Positions 60,251-64,000 of a stretch of DNA of 64,000 nt are shown here, piece by piece. The stretch covers positions 22,924 through 86,923 of the forward strand of contig JAJYWS010000061.1 of NCBI GenBank assembly GCA_021791335.1, in the 5' to 3' direction. The stretch is from Thermoplasmata archaeon (GTDB taxonomy: Archaea; Thermoplasmatota; Thermoplasmata; Lutacidiplasmatales; UBA184). Both the position numbers and the translations under genes were made by a program. Numbering within the stretch: the stretch's first letter is position 1; each line of letters opens with the position of its first letter. A model generated the notes under the pieces. It searched no databases and was not told the origin of the DNA. It was given only the letters and a program-made list of their open reading frames with translations.

Positions 60251-60345
60251 CGCTACCGGAGCGTTGAGTCCTATAGGAATATTTCGGTCAGTCTCCATTA
60301 TCTCCGCCGCCCGGTCGCTGGCTCGGTTCCGGAGGGAGAAGCCCG

Positions 60346-61719
60346 ATGACCATTGCACCGACCGAGCGCGCGACCGAACCAAACCGCGCCGTGGGGCCGA
60401 GCCGCGCGTCGACCGCCGATCGCGTGGAGTGCGCCGCCTGCGAGCCGAGTGCGAGCTGGGCCGTCGGACAGGTCTGTGAGGAGTGCGGCGGCCGCTCGGA
60501 GTGGCACCGGGGAGCCGCCTGCCCCCGCTGCCTCGGCCCGCTCGTGGTCGACTACCGACGCCCCGATGGGCCGGAGGCGCCGTTGCCCTCCACCTGGGCG
60601 GGCCGACCGGCGACGCTCTTCCGGTTCGCCGAGCTGTTGCCCCCCCTTCCTCGGCCGTACCGGGACCGGTTGGAGTTCCCCTTCTCCCCCCTCCGGCGCG
60701 CCCTGCGTCTCGGGGAGCAGCTGGGGCTGGATGAGCTCTGGATCAAGGACGACACGGTCCTCGCGTCCGGCTCGTTCAAGGACCGTCCTGCCGCCGTGGC
60801 GGTGGCGTGGGCCGCGGCCCACGGGCGGCCCTGGGTGGGCTGCGCGTCGACCGGCAACCTCGCCGCGGCCACCGCCCGGGCGGCCGCCCGTCTCGGGCTT
60901 CCGTGCATCGTCGTGGTCCCCTCCGGTCTTCCGCGCCCCAAGCTGCGCATCGTCCGGCATCTCGGGGCCCGCATCCTGGAGGTGAACGGAAGCTACGACG
61001 ATGCGAACCGTATCGCCCAGCTCACGGAGGAGACCCGAGGGGGCGGATTCGTCAACATCGGGTTGAGGCCGATCTATGCGGAAGGATCCAAGACGCTGCT
61101 GTTCGAGACCTGGGCCGACCTCTCCGGCCGGCTGCCCGACGCCGTGATCGTACCCCTCGGTTCCGGGGCGCTCCTCAGTGCCACCCAACGCGCCCAGGAG
61201 CAGCTCCGGAGCTGGGCCGGCGCACCCGACCCCCCGGCACGGCTGATCGGCACCCAGCCCGAAGGGTGTTCGCCGATCGTGGACGCCTTTGAGCGCGGTG
61301 ACGAGGAGATCCGACCGGTCGAGCGGTCGACGAGCATCGCCGAGAGCCTGGCGATCGGCCACCCGGCGTCCGGCCGGTCGGCCCTCCGGGCCATCCGCAC
61401 GACCGGGGGGCTGGCCGACCGGCCGCGGCGCGCGGAGGTGGTCCGCGGCGTCCGGGAACTCGCCCGTTGGGAGGGCGTCTACAGCGAACCCGCCGGGGGC
61501 AGCGTCGTGGCGACCCTCCGGCGACTTCGGGAACAGGGCGCCCTCCGGCGTTCGGACCGGGTCGTGCTGTACCTTACGGGCGCCGGGTGGAAAACCCCGA
61601 CGGCGGTCCGGCCGCTCGGAACCGAGAGTCGACCGGTGCGGGTCGATCTCCGGCGGCCGGAACTCGACTCATGGCCCTTGCCAACCGACGACTCCCCGAT
61701 GGGAGGTTCCGCATGGTGA
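60346..61719 (+). CDS. thrC: Threonine-synthase-family PLP enzyme with N-terminal Cys-rich zinc ribbon (ThrC or MetM-like)
   Basis: SFKDR PLP-lysine motif and a fold-type II layout. N-terminal C..C(x16)C..C(x11)C..C ribbon. GGAGGG RBS 9 nt upstream of the ATG. Confidence 0.85.
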   Translation: MTIAPTERATEPNRAVGPSRASTADRVECAACEPSASWAVGQVCEECGGRSEWHRGAACPRCLGPLVVDYRRPDGPEAPLPSTWAGRPATLFRFAELLPPLPRPYRDRLEFPFSPLRRALRLGEQLGLDELWIKDDTVLASGSFKDRPAAVAVAWAAAHGRPWVGCASTGNLAAATARAAARLGLPCIVVVPSGLPRPKLRIVRHLGARILEVNGSYDDANRIAQLTEETRGGGFVNIGLRPIYAEGSKTLLFETWADLSGRLPDAVIVPLGSGALLSATQRAQEQLRSWAGAPDPPARLIGTQPEGCSPIVDAFERGDEEIRPVERSTSIAESLAIGHPASGRSALRAIRTTGGLADRPRRAEVVRGVRELARWEGVYSEPAGGSVVATLRRLREQGALRRSDRVVLYLTGAGWKTPTAVRPLGTESRPVRVDLRRPELDSWPLPTDDSPMGGSAW

Positions 61720-61988
61720 CGATCCATCTGGGATCGGTCCTCCGGATCTGCGCCCCGCAGCTCGATCTGCGTCAGTTCGCGGAGTTCTCGGGCACCCTCC
61801 CGGAACTGCTGGAACGGTTGGCCTCGGCGGGAGGACCCGCCCTACGGGACCGGTTGCTCGAGGGGGGAAACCCCCGACGGTATCTGAACATCTTCGTGGA
61901 CGGGCGGGACGTCCGCTTCCTCCCGAGCCCGGTGCGGATCGGGCCGGGGACGGTCGTCGATCTGCTCCCGGCGGTGGCCGGCGGATGA
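61713..61988 (+). CDS. MoaD/ThiS-family ubiquitin-fold sulfur-carrier protein ending in Gly-Gly
   Basis: 91 aa, MVTIHLGSVLR...VDLLPAVAGG-stop: a beta-grasp protein with a C-terminal GG, overlapping the thrC-like stop. Confidence 0.65.
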   Translation: MVTIHLGSVLRICAPQLDLRQFAEFSGTLPELLERLASAGGPALRDRLLEGGNPRRYLNIFVDGRDVRFLPSPVRIGPGTVVDLLPAVAGG

Positions 61989-63133
61989 CCGGGCGAACTG
62001 CGCCCGCCGATTCGGTCCGATCCCCGGCCGAGGCGGGGGCGGCGGAACTTCCCCCTCACCGGCTGGTGCTGGTGGGGTTCGGGCGGGTCGCCCGGGCCCT
62101 GGCCCGCCGTCTGGTCGCCTCCGGCCGCCCCGACGGCAAGTCGGCTCGCTTCCGGGTGGTCGCGGTGTTCGACTCCCGGGGGTGCGTGGCCGACCCGCGG
62201 GGCGTGGCCCTCGACGAGCTCATCCGGCGGAAGGAACGGACCGGGCGGCTCGAGGGCCCGGGGGCGACGGTCTGGGATCTGGACACGGTCCTGCGCGATC
62301 TGGCCCCCCAGATCGTGGTCGAAACCACATGGTCGGAGCCCCGGCCCGGCGAGCCCGGCCGTCGCCATATCCTCTCCGCCCTGCTGGCCGGCGCGGATGT
62401 GGTCACCTCGAACAAGGGGCCCCTCGCCCGACACAGTGCCGAGGTCCTCGAGACGTCCCGGATGATGGGGCGGGAGCTTAGGTTCGGCACCACCGTCGGC
62501 GGCATCGTGCCGATCCTGGAGTCGATCCGCGGCCCCCTTCGGGCCTGCGGGGTGACCCGGATCGAGGGGGTCGTCAATGGGACCACCCAATTCGTGCTGG
62601 GGCGGCTCGCGGACGGGGTCTCTTGGGCCGAGGCGGTGGCCTCGGCCGTGCAGGAAGGGATCACCGAACCGGATCCCCGACATGACCTGGACGGGCACGA
62701 TGCGGCGATGAAGGCCGCCATCCTCCACAATGTCCTCTTTGCGCCCCCGCTCGACCCCCGCCGGGTCGCCCGCCGACCGGTCGATGCCTCGATCCAGGCC
62801 CGCGCCCACCGTCTCGGCGAACAGGGACGGCGCTTGGTGGTGCTGACCGAGGTCACGCCGGACGGTGCCCGTCTGCGGTGGGTGGAGGTCGACCGGGGGG
62901 ATCCCTGGGACCTCCCGTCGGCCACCAACCGGTTCGTGATCGAGACCGAGCGGGCCGGCACGCTGACCCTCACCGGGGCCGGCGCCGGACCGGAAGCCAC
63001 GGCCGCCGGCCTTCTGGCCGAGCTCGAGGAGGTCGCCGAAGCCCGGGAGCGGTATCGTCGGTCCACCACCCTAAGGACCGGAGCCACGACCCTTCCCCGG
63101 TCGGGCCGGGCCCTGGCGGAGGCCTTCCCCTGA
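61985..63133 (+). CDS. hom: Homoserine dehydrogenase
   Basis: NAD-binding LVLVGFGRVARAL and homoserine dehydrogenase catalytic-domain motifs (TSNKGPLA...). The ATG overlaps the upstream stop (ATGA). Confidence 0.85.
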   Translation: MTGRTAPADSVRSPAEAGAAELPPHRLVLVGFGRVARALARRLVASGRPDGKSARFRVVAVFDSRGCVADPRGVALDELIRRKERTGRLEGPGATVWDLDTVLRDLAPQIVVETTWSEPRPGEPGRRHILSALLAGADVVTSNKGPLARHSAEVLETSRMMGRELRFGTTVGGIVPILESIRGPLRACGVTRIEGVVNGTTQFVLGRLADGVSWAEAVASAVQEGITEPDPRHDLDGHDAAMKAAILHNVLFAPPLDPRRVARRPVDASIQARAHRLGEQGRRLVVLTEVTPDGARLRWVEVDRGDPWDLPSATNRFVIETERAGTLTLTGAGAGPEATAAGLLAELEEVAEARERYRRSTTLRTGATTLPRSGRALAEAFP

Positions 63134-63237
63134 CGCCGACCGCTCCGTCGCCCGAAACCCCCGTTCTCCCGCCTGTCCCGGACCTCTCCGCACTCCCGTG
63201 CGGAGAACCCTCGCGGGGATCGGCCGCGGCAGTCGAG

Positions 63238-64000
63238 GTACCGTACAGCATCGCCAATTTCGGTCCGGGGTTTGACCGGTTGGGGCTCTGTCTCAACGGG
63301 CCGCCCGAGTGGGCATCGTTCGCCCCGGGCGGACGGGGGCTCCGGATCACCGTGGTCGGGGATCCGCTTGTTCCCCGGGCTCCCCGACGCAACGTCGCCG
63401 CTGTGGCGTTCCGTTGGACGACGCGTCAGTTGGGAGCTCCTGAGGCGAACGGCGAGCTTACGCTGGTGAAACGGACCGCCGGCGGCAGCGGCCTCGGATC
63501 GAGCGGCGCCTCCGCCCTGGCGGGTGCCCTGCTCGGTGCCCGGCAGGCGGGCACGGACCTCGCGGATCGTCGGGCCCTGGAGACGGTGCTGCGGGGGGCC
63601 GCCGAAGGCGAACGGGCGGCCTCCGGGGCCGCCCACTACGACAACGTGGCCGCCAGCCTCTTCGGGGGACTCGCGCTGATCGAGTCCCTCGATCCGCTGC
63701 GGGTCCACCGGATCGATCCGGGATCCGGACTGCGGATCGCGGTGGCCACCCCGGCCGACCGGGTCGTCACCCGGACGGCCCGGCGGGCGATCCCGAGCCG
63801 GATCCCGCGGGAAGATGCGGTGACGAATCTCGGATGCCTGGGGGCGCTCCTCCTCGGCGCTGTGCAGCGCGATCCCCGGTCGGTCGGTCGGGCCCTCACC
63901 GATCGGATCGCCGAACCGTACCGGGCGTCCCTCGTCCCCGGCTACTTCGACGCTGTGGCGGCCGCCCGTGCGGAAGGAGCGTGGGGGGCCGCCCTGGCCG
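63238..64000 (+). CDS. thrB: Homoserine kinase (GHMP kinase), 3' truncated by window end; start codon not identified
   Basis: VPYSIANFGPGFDRLG N-terminus and the GHMP motif GGSGLGSSGA. No canonical in-frame ATG/GTG/TTG between the hom stop and the conserved N-terminus. Confidence 0.75.

Noticed and set aside
1-64000. CRISPR arrays, IS elements, integrases, prophage genes
   Set aside because: No direct-repeat arrays, transposase/integrase motifs or phage structural genes were found on either strand.

Overview
High-GC (~68-70%) archaeal chromosomal segment, densely packed with housekeeping genes. Archaeal hallmarks: aEF-1alpha, uS10, the uS13-uS4 ribosomal operon end, a membrane-anchored LonB, proteasome alpha subunit, MBF1, the thiolase-DUF35 pair, Tsr3, and archaetidylserine synthase/decarboxylase. 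EF-1alpha and LonB look Thermoplasmatota-like. Genes of bacterial flavour are also present: dnaJ, uvrA-uvrC, several MFS transporters, an ACE-like M2 peptidase. I recognise three tRNA genes: tRNA-Thr(CGU), tRNA-Ala(CGC) with the G3:U70 identity pair, and a tRNA-Gln(CUG) that appears interrupted by a 34-nt intron in the T-loop. No CRISPR array, integrase or transposase was seen. The very long antisense ORFs in the track (for example 19211..23023-, 12972..15500-, 16936..19050-, 5680..7365-) are the usual stop-codon-poor artefacts of GC-rich DNA. Genes are very often joined by 4-nt ATGA/GTGA start/stop overlaps. The loci I consider most worth follow-up are: (1) the ThrC-like PLP enzyme with an N-terminal Cys4 ribbon, co-operonic with a MoaD/ThiS-like GG-tailed protein, hom and thrB, and divergent from an HTH-CBS regulator, suggesting protein-thiocarboxylate-dependent sulfur amino-acid synthesis; (2) the glycan-biosynthesis island at 40.6-47.5 kb, containing a small ORF coupled to a split-barrel/methyltransferase fusion and an NTase-fold protein coupled to a GT2; (3) the intron-containing tRNA-Gln; (4) an ACE-like M2 peptidase in an archaeon; (5) small Cys/His-rich ORFs translationally coupled to lonB/nadM and to folD. 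All calls come from reading the six-frame translations and the nucleotide sequence directly; no database searches were run.
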